NCBI RefSeq assembly: GCF_964213995.1
Contig: NC_135830.1
Location: 7,316,001 to 7,380,000 of the forward strand
Length of the DNA: 64,000 bases
Source of the DNA: Mustelus asterias
Lineage: Eukaryota
Direction: 5' to 3'
Part shown: positions 1 through 12,950 of the stretch, in pieces
Layout of the letters: every line of letters starts with the position of its first letter
Position numbering within the stretch: position 1 is the stretch's first letter
Translations under genes and position numbers: made by a program
Notes under the pieces: generated by a model
What the model was told of the DNA's origin: nothing
The model's input: only the letters and a program-made list of their open reading frames with translations
The model's database searches: none

Positions 1-502
1 CACACTTAATAATACCAGGAAATTCTTGTTATCTACAAGCCCAAATTGCACAATGATAGCCATCTGCACTCTAAATAGATTTTTTTAAAAATCTAGTTAC
101 TTAGTTACAGAAATCGATAATAATTCATCTGATCAATTAAGCTTTATTATTGTAATTTGACAGAGACCCGGAATTGTTGCAAAATAGACTGACGGTCCCT
201 TTATTCTCTGAAAATGTAATTTATGAATTTTAGTTTTGTCTTCGTGTTAGGGGCGTGCACATAAATTGACGATATTAACAATGAAATTAGCTTTTTTATG
301 AAGCGATGATGAACTGCAATAATACCATGAGAAATAATGGGCGCATTACATTCAGTCAAACAAATATCCCGATACAGATAAAATGTCCATTTTAATATTA
401 ACCTCTTGTAAATCTCGGAGTCCATTCTGTTGGGGTGTGGAAGGTGGGACGTGGATCCAGTCGCCGCCTCCAGCAGGGAATCAACAGGCGGCGCCTGGAA
501 AG

Positions 503-529
503 CCGCCCCCTTCTGCCGGGTATTTAAAT
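503..529 (+). promoter_or_regulatory. Candidate VH promoter: GC box (CCGCCCC) and TATA-like TATTTAAAT about 80 nt upstream of the leader ATG
   Basis: The motifs are seen directly and their position relative to the leader exon fits a core promoter. No ATGCAAAT octamer was seen nearby. Confidence 0.5.
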
Positions 530-606
530 GCCACTCACGGGACCGGAATCCTACAGTCCGGGAGCTGGTTTGTTCACTGAGTTCCTGACACAACCATTTC
601 CCTAAA

Positions 607-664
607 ATGACCAGAAAGATGAGGTCGGCGATTTCTCCCAGTTTGTTGCTGACTTTCTTATCCG
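607..664 (+). CDS. IGHV: IgH leader exon (MTRKMRSAISPSLLLTFLS/G; alternative ATG at 619)
   Basis: Hydrophobic signal peptide ending in a phase-1 donor G|GTGAGT at 665. It splices in frame to the AG acceptor at 796-797, giving [10 protein letters not shown]. Confidence 0.92.
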
Positions 665-797
665 GTGAGTAGTTTTTTATTGTCCAAGTCTCTCACTGTT
701 ACTGTCTCATTGTTAGTCTATCTCTGGCATGTTCCAGAAACAGGAATCATTTCACCAGGATTAATTCTCGTGTTTTTTTAAATATATATTTACACAG

Positions 798-1168
798 GTG
801 TCCAGTCGGAGGTTATCTTGACTCAGCCAGAAGCAGAGAGCGGGCGTCCCGGTGGCTCCCTGAGACTGACTTGTAAAACCAGCGGCTTCGATCTTGATCG
901 TTACGTCATGCACTGGATCCGACAGGTTCCCGGACAGGGGCTGGAGTGGTTGGTTCACTACTATTCTCCATCGGATAAACGGTACTCCCCAATCCTTCAG
1001 AGCCGATTTACTGCGTCCAAAGACACTTCAAACAACTTTTTCGCTTTGACAATGAACAATCTGAAGATTGAAGACACCGCCAACTATTACTGTGCAAGAC
1101 ACAGCAGTGGTAGTGATTACCGGGTATCGGCGACTGGGGAAAAGGGACCATGGTGGTGGTGACTGTAG
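798..1168 (+). pseudogene. IGHV: Pre-joined VH-D-(D)-JH exon of shark IgM type; J is out of frame with V by one base as written
   Basis: V reads [27 protein letters not shown]...[12 protein letters not shown]...[10 protein letters not shown] 32-nt junction follows at 1100-1131, then [12 protein letters not shown] and donor G|GTAAG at 1169. No RSS lies between V and J. The V frame hits TGA at 1160-1162. Confidence 0.88.
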
Positions 1169-4084
1169 GTAAGAACCATGCATTTATTCGGTAACAGCTT
1201 CATTTATGTTTTTGTTCAATATTTTTATCTGTTTTACCTGTAATGTGGGTTTTGTGGAATCTGAACTGAGAAATTTTAGCAATGTGATTCTGCTGAAAAG
1301 GGGTTATGGAATTCATTCCTTTCTTGTGATTTGGTATTTATCTGCTGAGGATACTGTGTCGCTTATTTAGAAAATAATCTCCGATGGGATGTGGGATAAT
1401 TCCAGAGTTTTATTGTTTTATTGTTCTACCTCCATTTGTTTCAAATCTCGGGCTCCAGATCTTTCCCTGGGTCTCGAGATTACTCGCCCAGTGAAAGTAC
1501 CACTATGTCACCAGTTCCCCAAGCATCGTAAACCGTTTGGCGTTTTTACGAGGTTTAATCTAGTGTCATCTGATGGCTGCAGGTTGTACCATCAACAGTA
1601 TAAGTATTTGTAAACTAACCCAATGTTAACAAAATATACTGAGGTTTCTATATTAATTTACTGTACCTGTCCCGCTTACCCACAATGCTGATATTTATGT
1701 TTTGCTAAACTATCCATTCACTTGGTAGCAGATGGATTTGGTAGATTCGAGATTGAGATTTCCTTGCAATGTTGCATTTGATTTTGCTGGAAATCAATTG
1801 TAGAATTGAACTGCTTCTAAATGAAACGTGTTTGAATCCCTCAGTGATATAATTTGGTGTTTTTTGCGATGAATAGATTGTGAGTTTGAATGAATTCGAA
1901 TATGTAGAATTTTTGAAACGGTTTGGAGTTTCTGCGTTATTTAATCTAGGTGCCACTGAGCGGTTACAGGTTTTCTGTTTCATACAGAAAATATAAGCGT
2001 TTGAAACTGCTTGAAGCACGATTGTGGACAGTAAACAGGCTGTTAGTGCATTTATACATTTTCAATGATTAAACGAAGCCACCGTTTACGACGCTCGTTC
2101 ACAACATAGTTTGGCGTTTGTGCAATATTTCATCTCGGTGTCATCCGATGGCGACAGGTTTTACCATCCACTTCAAATATTAATGCTTAAAATGTTTGAT
2201 ATATGAGCCAATATGAATAAAATGCGGTGAAGTTTCAAGACTAATTCGTCAGACATGTTCCACCTGCTCACAATACTATCGCTACTGTTAGTATCAAATT
2301 AATATAATTGAAAGAATCAAAATTCTGATCTTAAGAAATTTTCTGAGAGGTGGAAGTCGCTGGTAGTTAAGAAATTGTTCAGATGATTTTATTTGCTTTG
2401 TAGGAATGTTCAGACTGCATATCACTAGAGAGTGAAAAGAGGAAGCTTGAAATTTAAACAGATTGATTCAACTGCAAAAGGTTGAATTAACTTTGCATTT
2501 AATAATAACATCCTGTCTCTTGTCCATGTGCTATACACGAGACATAATTATAAGTGGAAACGATGACATGATCGAAGAACAGATTATACCTGAGCCTTAT
2601 ACTTGATTCATATTAAATATTTAATTGAACAACAAAATACAGTCTCAATTTGTTCATCATGCTTCAGTGCCACAGGCGATCTAATGAGTTGTTCTGATCA
2701 GGTTTTACAGTCATTAAACTGGATCATCTTCAATGGAACAATATAATTAATAAGATACAGCGATAGTCAGTGTTATTAACTCTAATAAACACTTTTATTC
2801 ATGACAAACTGCTGAGATATCTATATTATATACAATGTTTAAAATATTGATTTTATGATTTACCAATGCGCTCAAAAATAAACATTTTTTATTTTTTGTA
2901 AGTTAAATCGGGACATATGGAGTAAAAGTACAAAAAGCAAAACATTCAAATGTGAATGAAGTTAAGCAAAAGTAACATACATGTCTCAATATTTCCATCC
3001 ACTGTCTTGAAATGTATTGTTTAATACTGTTGAATTGTTTGGGTATTTTAATTAAACCCCAATTATTCCACAAAGTTCTAAGTAGAAACAATGTTTGGAT
3101 TTTTGAAACCTACTTATTTAAATTATTTTCATTACAGTGTGCAAAGCAACTCATTGCAAAACTAACAGACGATTAATAATAAATTACAACATAATATTAG
3201 TACTGAGTAATTCAACATAAACAAGTTCCTACAATTGAGTTGTACACAGGTGCGCAAAATATCAAAAGATTTTACGAATTTTAGTTGCACCTGAAATTAA
3301 CTTAGAAAACAATACTTTATTTATTTAGCTGTGCTCAGCTCAATAGGCTGTTTTGTTTTGATTATTTTTTTGAAAAACTTTAATTATGGAACCAGAGCAA
3401 ATCAGTGGGTATCGGTTTGTAACATGAATATTTCCTGATGTGTTTAATTCTTACCATACCACTATGTCTTCGTTACGGACGCCCATTCAATACGAATCTG
3501 TTAGATTTGATGTGCTCCATTTCAGTCAAGCTACATTGTCCCAGTATTCGAGATTTCAGACGGACAACGAGACTCGACTGGAGTCTAGAAATGAATATCA
3601 GCTTATATTTAAAGTGGTTATTGATTTTTTTGTTATTGCAAGTTAACCATTGATCAATTAGAATCAAACGGTTTGAATGAAATTGGCTGATTAAACAGAC
3701 CTATCTGCTCGGAGCTCGATTGGTGCACCGTTTGTGCGTGTCATGTTTCTGTGCGCGTCCTCACTTTCCTGACTGGTTGTGGACCTTCTGGTTTCTTCTC
3801 CTGTGCTTCAGGGAGTGAAAGTTGATCAACTTGTATCTGCGAGGAATGTGAAAGTGTGACTTGATGTTTGACCAGGCGCCTCAGAAATGAGATCCCGAAC
3901 CCAGATTGTGACAGTCAGAAAGAACAATTCGGAAATGTCAGGCAGACTGTAGAAGAAGATTTGGTTATTTTTTACCAGCGATGTATCGGTCTTGGGAATG
4001 TTGAATTAGGAAGTACAGAGGGCGGTTTGTTTTATTTCAATCCTTCCTTTAGCAGTTTTTGGCCTATTTAATGGGGCAATGTTT

Positions 4085-4380
4085 ATTTATTAGTATCGCA
4101 AGTAGGTTTAAATAAACATTGCAATGAAGTTACAGTGAAAAGCCCCTAGTGACCATTGTTCGGCTCCTGTTCGGATACACTGAGGGAAAATTTAGCATGG
4201 CCAATGCACCTAACCAACACGTCTTTCGAACTGTGGGAAGAAACCGGAGCAGCAGGAGGAAAGCGAAGCAGACACTAGTAGAACATGTATATTCCACATA
4301 GAGTCACCCAAGCCGGAAATCAAATCCGAGTCCCTGACGCGGTGAGCCAGCACTGATAACCACTGTACCACCGTGCTGCC
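4085..4380 (-). mobile_element. tRNA-derived SINE (HE1/V-SINE type)
   Basis: The reverse complement has a tRNA-like head (GGCAGCACGGTGGTACAGTGGTTATCAGTGCTG) and the same core as the other copies (GTTTCTTCCCACAGTTCGAAAGACGTG). Confidence 0.85.
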
Positions 4381-4429
4381 AGTAGGGGTTTAATCAGTCT
4401 AGCACATTTTTAATCCAATCATGGAATTT

Positions 4430-5010
4430 TAGGGGGCTGGCTAGGCCAGAGCTTGTTGTCTATACCTAACTACCTTTTGGAAAAAATGCTTATGTTTCGC
4501 CTCCTTGAACTGCTGCAGTCCACGTGGTGTGCGAACACTCACAATTTTATGGACGGGAGTTCCAGGATTTTGACCAAGCGGCAGTGAAGGAACGGCGCTC
4601 TATTTACAAGTGCAAATGGTCAGTGGTTTGGAGGGGAACTTGCAGCTGCTCCCAATATCTGATACACCTGTACTTCTTGGTGACGAAAATTGTGGGTGTG
4701 GGAGACACTGTAGAAGGGGTTCTGGCAAGTTGCTGCAGTGCATCTTGTACATGTTATACAGTGCTGCCATGTGCGTCCTGGTGGAGAGGATGAATGTTCA
4801 AGACGGTGACAGGGGGCTAGTTTGTGGGCTTCTTTGTCCTGGACAGTACCGAATTTCTGAGAGTTTCCCGCGTTTCACTTATTGAGCCAAGTGGAAATTA
4901 TCAAATCACAGACCTGCTTTGCAGGCAGCAAAATCCTTTTGGGCGAAGTGGATTGGATTACTCATAACCGGATTCCAAGCTTCTGACTGTGTCTTGTAGC
5001 TGTTGCATTT
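4430..5010 (-). mobile_element. Degenerate LINE 3' fragment
   Basis: Resembles the reverse complement of the 3' part of the 7480-7900 element. No intact ORF. Confidence 0.5.
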
Positions 5011-5759
5011 CTAACGAAACTGAATTGAACACTCCCGCGGGCATATCTCATGGGACAATGTAGTGGGAGTTACATTTTACATCAAAGCAATCTTGTACCT
5101 CGAGAGCAGCAGAGGACAGGAGCTTTTGCATGAAGGAATGTGAATTTGTTCCCAGTTTTAAACGGAATCAGCATCGAACTAACTAGTTGTGAGTTCCCGA
5201 GCCCGATAAATAGAAATGAAATTTTCACTTTCTCAGGTAAAATGATGCACGTTAATTGATCTGAGCAAGATTTCTCAACTAAATGCATTAATTTGAATGA
5301 AGTAATTCTATTGAAGAACTTTGAGTGTTAGAAATTCATTGACTATAAGTGAGCTGAGCTTCAGCACAATGTCAGAATAAACAGTATCAGGAAGTGACAG
5401 TAACTCTCCAGAGAGTGGAGCCTGGTCTGATCTGATGGGAAGTTGCCAGTTATTCTGACAACTTAAATAGATAATGACGAGACTCCCACTCCATATATCC
5501 ATCATAATGAATAAATGTTTCAAAATGTAATATTGTTCTTTTACACATTTCATGAGTCATGAGTGAGCTGGAGTGAGATCCAATTGTCTAACTCTGTTAC
5601 AAATCAGTGAACAGCATTTCTGTGAAAGATTTAAATGTTTATCCAACCCATGGCCATGTTGTGCTCAGTTACTCACCCCACTCACTGTGAGAGTGGGAGA
5701 GTTTGATTGGAGTGTGAGACTGATTGAGAATATTGAGACTGGGAGTGAGCCAGGCAAAG

Positions 5760-5843
5760 ACGTACACACATTACACGCACGCACGCATGCTCTCTCTCCC
5801 CACCATATATCTCTCAGATACACAAACCACTTTCAAAAACACC

Positions 5844-5887
<44 letters not shown>

Positions 5888-5983
5888 GTTTCCCTCTTAC
5901 ACACAGAAAACCCATATATACCAACGCTCTTCCATAAATTCTCTCACACACCCACACACAAACTCACTCTCTCACACAGTCTT

Positions 5984-6014
<31 letters not shown>

Positions 6015-7460
6015 GAGAAGTACTCTCGCTCTCCCATACACTTTCTCACACACCCACATATGATCGCACTCTCACACACTGTCCCTCACACAGCCTCTCT
6101 CTCAAACACAGTCTCTCATACACACACACCCCCACACAAAAACACGCACACAAATACACATGGTTTATCTCCCTTACACATATAGACAATAAGAAGTCTC
6201 ACAACACCAGGTCAAAATCCAACAGATTTGTTTGGAATCAGGAGTTTCGGAGCACTGCTCCTTCATCAGGTGAGCTGGTGATTCCAAATAAACCTGTTGG
6301 ACTTTAACCTGGTGCTGTGAGACTTCTTACTGTGCCCAGCCCAGTCCAACGCCGGCATTTCCACATTATGGCAGACAGACATGTTCTCTCACACACAAAT
6401 TCCCACTCTCGCACACATATTCTTTCTCTCACACACAGTGTCACATATGCGCGCTCTCTCATGCACTCATTCTCTCATAAGCTCTCTCTCATCTGAAAAC
6501 TTTCTCAAAACCACTGTCTCTGGCAAACACACTCCATTTCTCTCTTTGACAGGAACACTCTGTCATACACACAGTATTTCCCACACGATCTCCCTCACAC
6601 AACTCTCTCGCACAGTCACTCGCTCACACACTCTATCTCTCACACACAAAAGCAGTCTCTCTCTCACACACTCACACAAACAAATTATCTCACATACAGA
6701 ATCTTGCGCTCAAACACACATTCCTTTCTCTCTCAACAACGCATTTTCACGAACATTCTCTCAAATGTTTTCTCAGACATTCACACACGCACTTTGTCAC
6801 ACACACAGATTCTCTCCCCTTCATATTCTCACACACACTCCCTCACACATTCATACTTACTCTCACACACACTCTCTCTCTCTCTCACGCACACTCGATT
6901 TCGCAAATTCTCTCCCTCACACTTTGTCTCTCTGTCGCACACATAATTTCTTTCACACAAACAGTCGCTCATATATGCACACTCTATCTTATGCTGATAG
7001 TTTATCATGTGCACACCCTCGCTCTCTCACACACAATCATTGTCTCGCAAGTACAGACACTCTCACACACAGTCCCTATATCTCAAATACAGACACTCTC
7101 AAACACACTCCCTATCTCTCAAACAGAGGCACTCTCAAACACACTTTCACATTCACAACCGCTCTTCAAAAACACACATTCTTTCTCTTTCACACACTCT
7201 CTCTCTCACACATACTGACGTTCACACACTCTCTTACACAAAATTGCCTCTCCTTCTCAATCACTCGCACATAATCACTGTCTGACATACACTCTTGCTC
7301 ACGCACACCCTCACGCAGGCATCTCTCTCATTCATACACATCTGCTGTCGCTCTCACCCACATTCAAACATGAACTTTATTGCTCTCTCTCTCTTTCTCT
7401 CACGCACAAACACACACACACACACACGCATGCACCCACACACTGCCCACACTTTCCCTT
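5760..7460. repeat. Long degenerate (CA)n/(CT)n low-complexity tract
   Basis: Seen directly. It produces spurious His/Thr/Ser/Leu-rich ORFs. Confidence 0.95.
6191..6370. mobile_element. Penelope-like pLTR remnant forming a ~50-bp-arm inverted repeat around a hammerhead core
   Basis: Arms 6191-6240 and 6279-6328 are near-perfect reverse complements. The minus strand of the loop reads CTGATGA-AGGAGCAGTGCTCC-GAAA. A related copy lies at 54639-54747. Confidence 0.7.
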
Positions 7461-7479
7461 CAACACACAGATGAGAGTG

Positions 7480-7900
7480 ACTGTCCTTGACAGCATTTGA
7501 CAGAGTGTGGCATCAAAATAGCCATGCAAACTGGAGCCAATGGGAGTCAGAAGAAACATTCTCCTCTGGTTGGAGACATACCTGCCATAATGGAAGATGT
7601 ATTAGGTAGTTGGAGGGCAATTATCTCAGCTCCTGGACCTCACTGCGGGAGTTCCTCGAGATAGTGTCCAGGGCTCAACCATCTACAAGGACAGCAGATA
7701 CGTGGGAACATCAAAAACTGGAAATACCCCGACAAGCCTTTCATCATTCTGACTTGGAAACATATCACCGTTCCTTCACTGTGGCTGGTTCAAATCCTGT
7801 AACTGCCTCCTGACTGAAGTTGTTGAAGAAGGCAGCTCACTAAAATCTTCACAATTATGGATCGGAAATAAATGTTGGCATAGCCAGCGGCTCCCACATC
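7480..7900 (+). mobile_element. Degenerate non-LTR retrotransposon fragment (RT motifs plus 3' end)
   Basis: AFDRVWH...WLETYL...VGGQLS...TAGVP(R)DSV, disrupted RT motifs. Confidence 0.7.
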
Positions 7901-7949
7901 ACAGGAAAAAAAACACATTATCTGACATCGGACCTGGAGTAACTGGGAA

Positions 7950-8535
7950 TGATCATTCACTCATGCATGCTCATTCACCTCTCTCACTCGCCCATCCTCA
8001 CTCACCCACACTCATTCACCCACCATCGCTCACACACACTCACCCGCACTAATCCACCCGCACTTAGTTACCCTTACACACTCACCCACACTCACTCGCC
8101 CTCATTCACATTTGCGCTCTCATTCTCACTTACCTAACCTCACTTACCTACCCTCACTCACCGACTCACCCAAACTCACTCGCCCTCATTCATCCTCATC
8201 CACCCTCAATCACTTACCGTCACTCACTCTCCCTCGAACACCCTCACTCACTCACCCTCCCTCACACACTCACCCTCACTGTCACACCCACGCTCACTCA
8301 CCCACCTCACTCACTCACAATCATTTGCTCGCATCACTCAACCTCACAAATTTACCCATCCTCACTCACGCTCACTCACTCTCCCTCATCACTCACCGTC
8401 AGTCATTTGCCACTTTCATTCACTCACCCTCGACCACAGGCACTCACCCATTGTCAGATACTCACCCACCCTCACACACTCAGTCTGACAAGTCCACCCT
8501 CACTCACTGACACACAATCTCTCACTCTCAGTCAC
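7950..8535. repeat. (CACT/CACC)n low-complexity tract
   Basis: Seen directly. Confidence 0.9.
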
Positions 8536-9334
8536 TTATTCGGTGGGGGATGTGTGCCTGCAATGAGAGAGGAAGAAAGAACTGAAGAGAGGTCGGAAGA
8601 CAAGTGATGCCAATTGCGGGAGCATGACCAGGGAATGCAGAGAGCTGGAGGGAAGTGCATGGGTCTCATGAACAGGGAAAACAGTAAAGAGCCGGGGGTG
8701 GGGGAAGCACCCATTGTCAGAGGAGGCCAGAGGAAATGGCAGAGAGCCTGTTGGAAAGTGCAAAGAGCCGGGGGAAAAAGCAGAAGGAGACAGCAGAAAG
8801 GAGAGAAAGCTGCTGATTGGAAAGAGCCAACGTGGAGTTAACACCACAGTCAGCCCGTCCATGAACTTGCTGTCTCTACTCTTTCTTTTGGGGAGTGGGG
8901 CTGCTGAGGGGGAGAGAGGAGGGAGAATCAGTCAGTTTCAAAACAGACAACTTCCAAAGCTGCAACAATATAAAGGAAGAGACAACCTCTTCATCACAAA
9001 GTACTGTTGATTGAGAAACAACTAGTGGCTGAAAAAATATAGAAAATCTCTGCTCTTCTCTTTAATCCCATACAATGTACATCATTCAGATAACATCAAA
9101 ATATCATTTTATTGTGCTTTGATAGAGACGGGGAAAGAAATGTGTGTTTCTACAGAGGGAACACACAAGTGATGATTCCCAAAAGATAGAACTAATAGAA
9201 TCTCAAATGTAGGTGTAAGTTTAAATGCATAAGTATAACAATAAGTTTTATAACTGTATGCATATTGTAAGTTGTGTGATATCTTAATCACAATTGACAG
9301 ATTCTAACTTGTTCAATCGGCCATTCTTTTCCAG

Positions 9335-9634
9335 TGACACACTCTCCGCCTATTCTCTACGGACTGGTCTCCTCCTGTCAGCAACACAACACCGACGGTT
9401 CCGTCACCTACGGCTGTTTGGCGATGGACTACTCTCCAGAGGTCACCAAACTGACCTGGAAGAAAAATGGGCAGCCGATCGCCACTGGGTTTCAGACTTA
9501 CCCGTCAGTGAGAAACACGCAGGGAACCTACACCTTGATCAGCCAGTTAACCATCACCGAGTCAGAGGGAGAATGCAGCAAAATCAACTGTGAGGTTCAA
9601 CACAGCGGCTCAGACAAGAGAACTGAAATGCCAT
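9335..9634 (+). CDS. IGHM: IgM constant exon Cmu1
   Basis: TTTTCCAG acceptor; C1-set domain [15 protein letters not shown]...[10 protein letters not shown]...W...NCEVQH; phase-1 GT donor at 9635. Confidence 0.95.
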
Positions 9635-9839
9635 GTACGTTTTGTGGAACCAGGGGAAAAGAGAACTGCTATGACAAAACTGTATTGGGCCTTGGTTAAA
9701 ACTCATTTATAGTAGTCTGCATAGTCCTGACCCCTGGAAAATCCAGGTCTATTGACTGCAAATGAATTGTTAAAATAAAATGCCTTTTATTTGTTGTTAA
9801 TTTCTCCTACAATAAATGACTAACATAAGTTTTTTGAAG

Positions 9840-10154
9840 GTTCTAAAGATGACATCACTCCAACCGTTATCCTCACCGTGAGTTCCAGTGAAGAAATCAA
9901 ACGCAGGGAATTGGCAACCATCGTCTGTTCAATCATCGATTTCTATCCAAGATCTATCACAGTGAAGTGGCTGAAGAATGGACAGTCCATGGATTCAATA
10001 ATTGTCAGCTCCCCCGCCTGGGAAGCGAACGGAAACTTCTCAGCGAGCAGTCTGCTGACAGTCTCCCCTGGGGAATGGTTTAGCAAAGCAGTCTATACCT
10101 GCCAGGTCACTCATCAAGGGCTCACCCAAAGTCGAAACATCACCACATCTTCGG
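9840..10154 (+). CDS. IGHM: IgM constant exon Cmu2
   Basis: [20 protein letters not shown]...[12 protein letters not shown]...W...YTCQVTH; AG/GT phase-1 boundaries; frame open. Confidence 0.95.
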
Positions 10155-10521
10155 GTAAGAGACGCAAATCAAGAAGCAATGAATCATTTTGCAGTCCGAA
10201 GATAATCAAAATCAGAATTTCATTGAAGTTCGTATAAAGTACAGAAAAACCTTTACTTTACTGTACTTCCTGAGATCAGGAAAGGTATATTTGCATTGGG
10301 AATACTGCAATGCTGATTCATTAGACTGATACAGGCCGAACGAGTTGAATAATGAGAATAATTTGCACACAAGAAGCTGGTTTTCCGTCGTGTAGAAAAG
10401 AGTAAAGGTGATGGTCAGTGGTTGATACCTGGGAGTTGATTTATTCCCATTTAGAGATTGAAGACTGAATATTGCTGTCTTGATTCTGAAGATTGGGTTG
10501 ATTTTCATTTTCCATTCCCAG

Positions 10522-10830
10522 ATTCTTCCCACTGCACTGATTCCACAGTGACGATTCTGCAACCATCAATAGAACAGGTCTTACTGGAGGCGACTGTTAC
10601 CTTAACCTGCATCATTTCTAATGCTCCTTATGGAGTCAACGTGTCCTGGATCCGAGAAAAGAAGTATCTGAAATCAGAGATTGCCGAAAAAACGGGAGAG
10701 GATCCTGACAGCGTGGTCAGCAACTTAAACATCTCGACACAAGCCTGGCTGAGTGGGGCTCTGTTTGAATGCGTGGTAAACCATCAGGATCTGCCCACTC
10801 CTTTAAGAAGTTTCATCCACAAGGAAGAAG
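10522..10830 (+). CDS. IGHM: IgM constant exon Cmu3
   Basis: [30 protein letters not shown]...W...[14 protein letters not shown]; CCCAG acceptor and G|GTAAG donor. Confidence 0.95.
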
Positions 10831-11689
10831 GTAAGTAGAGAGAATGAAGCGATAAGTGAGTCTCTGTGTCTATTTCAAGTGTAAGTGTAAAAGTCAATAT
10901 TTATTATTCAGTGTGTTTCTGGTCTAACCTGATTCGTAACTCAACCAACTAAACAGTCAGGGTCTATAAAATTGTTTTAGAGTGGAAATTGATAAATTGA
11001 TGAATGAACGATGAATGAAAGGTGGTGATATTAAGTTGAGATGGAGTCACACCGCGCATCATACAACACAGGGGCAGAAACCGGCCATTCAGTCCATGGA
11101 AATGCCGATTCCGACATTCAATAAATTGATGATTAATCTGATATGGTTATTCTCCACTCCACTTTCCCACCTTCTCCCCATAATCCGCTATTCCCTTATT
11201 GATTACTAATCTGTCCACATCAGCCTTCAACACATTTAACGATTCACTACAGCCCTCTGCGGTAAAGAATTCCATAGATTCACTACCTCCGAGAGAACAA
11301 GTTCTTCCTCATCGCTCTTCAATAGGTGACCCCCTTATTATGAGATTATGTGCCTCTGACCCTATACTTTCCCACAAGGGTGGGAGTAACTCCTCAGCAT
11401 CTACCCTCTCAAGCCCCTTCGGAGAATTCTCTGCTTCTCAATAAGGTCTCCTCTCATTCTGCTGTACTCCAGTGACAACAGATCCAAATTATTCAACCGC
11501 TCCTCATATGAAAATCGATTCTGACCCAGGATCAACCTCGTGAACCTTCTGTGCCCTGCCTCCAATGCCAGTATATATTTACTTTTAAAAAGGGAACATC
11601 TTCACGGTGCATCAGGTTTGATCCCACTGGTGCCTTTATCATTTCAGCAAGACGTCTCTATTTTTATTCTCCATTCCTTTTGAAACAAT

Positions 11690-12485
11690 AAAGAAAAAAG
11701 AAAATTACAGCACAGGAACAGGCCCTTCGGCCCTCCAAGCCTGCACCGACCATGCTGCCCGACTGAACTAAAACCCTCTACCGTTCCGGAGACCATATCC
11801 CTCTATTCTCATCCTATTCATGTATTTGTCCATACACCCCTTAAATGTAAGTATCGTATCTGCTTCCACGACCTCCCCCGACAGCAAGTTCCAGGCACCC
11901 ACCACCCTCTGTGTAAAAAACTCGCCTCGTCCATCTCCATTAAACCCTATCCCTCGTACCTTAAACCTATGCCCCCTAATAATTGACTCTTCCAGCCTGG
12001 GAAAAAGCTTCTGACTATCCACTCTGTCCATGCCACTTAATCTGTTAGACTTCCATCAGGTCGCCCCTCAACCTCCGTCGTTCCAGTGAGAATAAACCAA
12101 GTTTCTCCAACCTCTTCTCATAGCTAATGCCCTCCAAAACAGGCAACATCATGGTAAATATTGTCTGTACCCACTCCAAAGTCTCCAAATCCTTCTGGTA
12201 GTGTGGAGACCAGAATTGAACACTATATTCCAAGTGCGGCCTAACTAAGGTTCTATAAAGCTGCAACATGACTTGCCAATTTTTAAACTCAGTGCCCCGG
12301 CCGATGAAGGCAAACATGCCGTATACCTTCTTGACTACCTTATCTACCTGCGTTGCCACTTTCAGTGACCTGTGTACCTGTACACCCAGAGCCCTCTGCT
12401 TATCAATACTCTTAAGGGTCCTGCCATTTACTGTTTCTTTCCTCTCTATATTAGACCTTTCAAAATGTATTGCCTCCCATTTGCA
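11690..12485 (-). mobile_element. CR1-type LINE 3' fragment nested in older LINE debris in the Cmu3-Cmu4 intron
   Basis: ORFs 12045-12359 (YRTLVRPHLEYSVQFWSPHY...LFSLERRRLRGD) and 11768-12031 (RGHRFKV...FFTQRVVGAWN) match the CR1 ORF2 C-terminus. Confidence 0.92.
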
Positions 12486-12619
12486 TTACGTCACAATGAT
12501 TAACATTCCACTTGAATTATATTTTACCTGTTCAACAGGAATCCTAGATTTCAGTAAATTAAGTACAATGATCCCTATATCTCATGTTGCAACAGTTTCT
12601 GCTGTTTTTCTCCATCGGA

Positions 12620-12950
12620 ACGACACGGTAGCACAGTGGTTAGCACTGCTGCTTCACAGCTCCTGGGATCTGTGTTCGATTTCCGGCTTGGATCACCGTC
12701 TGTGTGGAGTTTGCACATTCTCCTCGTGTCTCCGTGGGTTTCCTCCGGGTGCTCCGGTTTCCTCCCACAGTCTAAAGATGTGCGGGTTAGTTTGATTGGC
12801 CATGCTAAAATTGCCCCTTCGTGTCCTGGTTAGAGGGATTAGCGGGTAAATATGTCGGGATGTGGGGATAGGGCCTGGGTGGGATTGTCGTCGGTGCAGA
12901 CTCGATGGGCCGAATGGTCTCTTTCTGCACTGTAGGATTTCTATGATCTA
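12620..12950 (+). mobile_element. HE1/V-SINE-type SINE
   Basis: tRNA-like head CACGGTAGCACAGTGGTTAGCACTGCTG, central core, and CR1-like tail GATGGGCCGAATGG. Confidence 0.9.

Noticed and set aside
5573-8510. Long ORFs of 244, 297 and 132 aa rich in His/Thr/Ser/Leu
   Set aside because: They are translations of CA/CT low-complexity DNA that lacks stop codons, with no domain signature.
5760-8535. Repetitive J-C intron tract as a class-switch region
   Set aside because: It is CA/CT microsatellite-like, without AGCT/GGGGT-type repeats, and classical switch regions are not known in sharks.
12620-12700. SINE heads as tRNA genes
   Set aside because: The tRNA-like A/B boxes continue into the shared SINE core and LINE-like tail in about ten copies.
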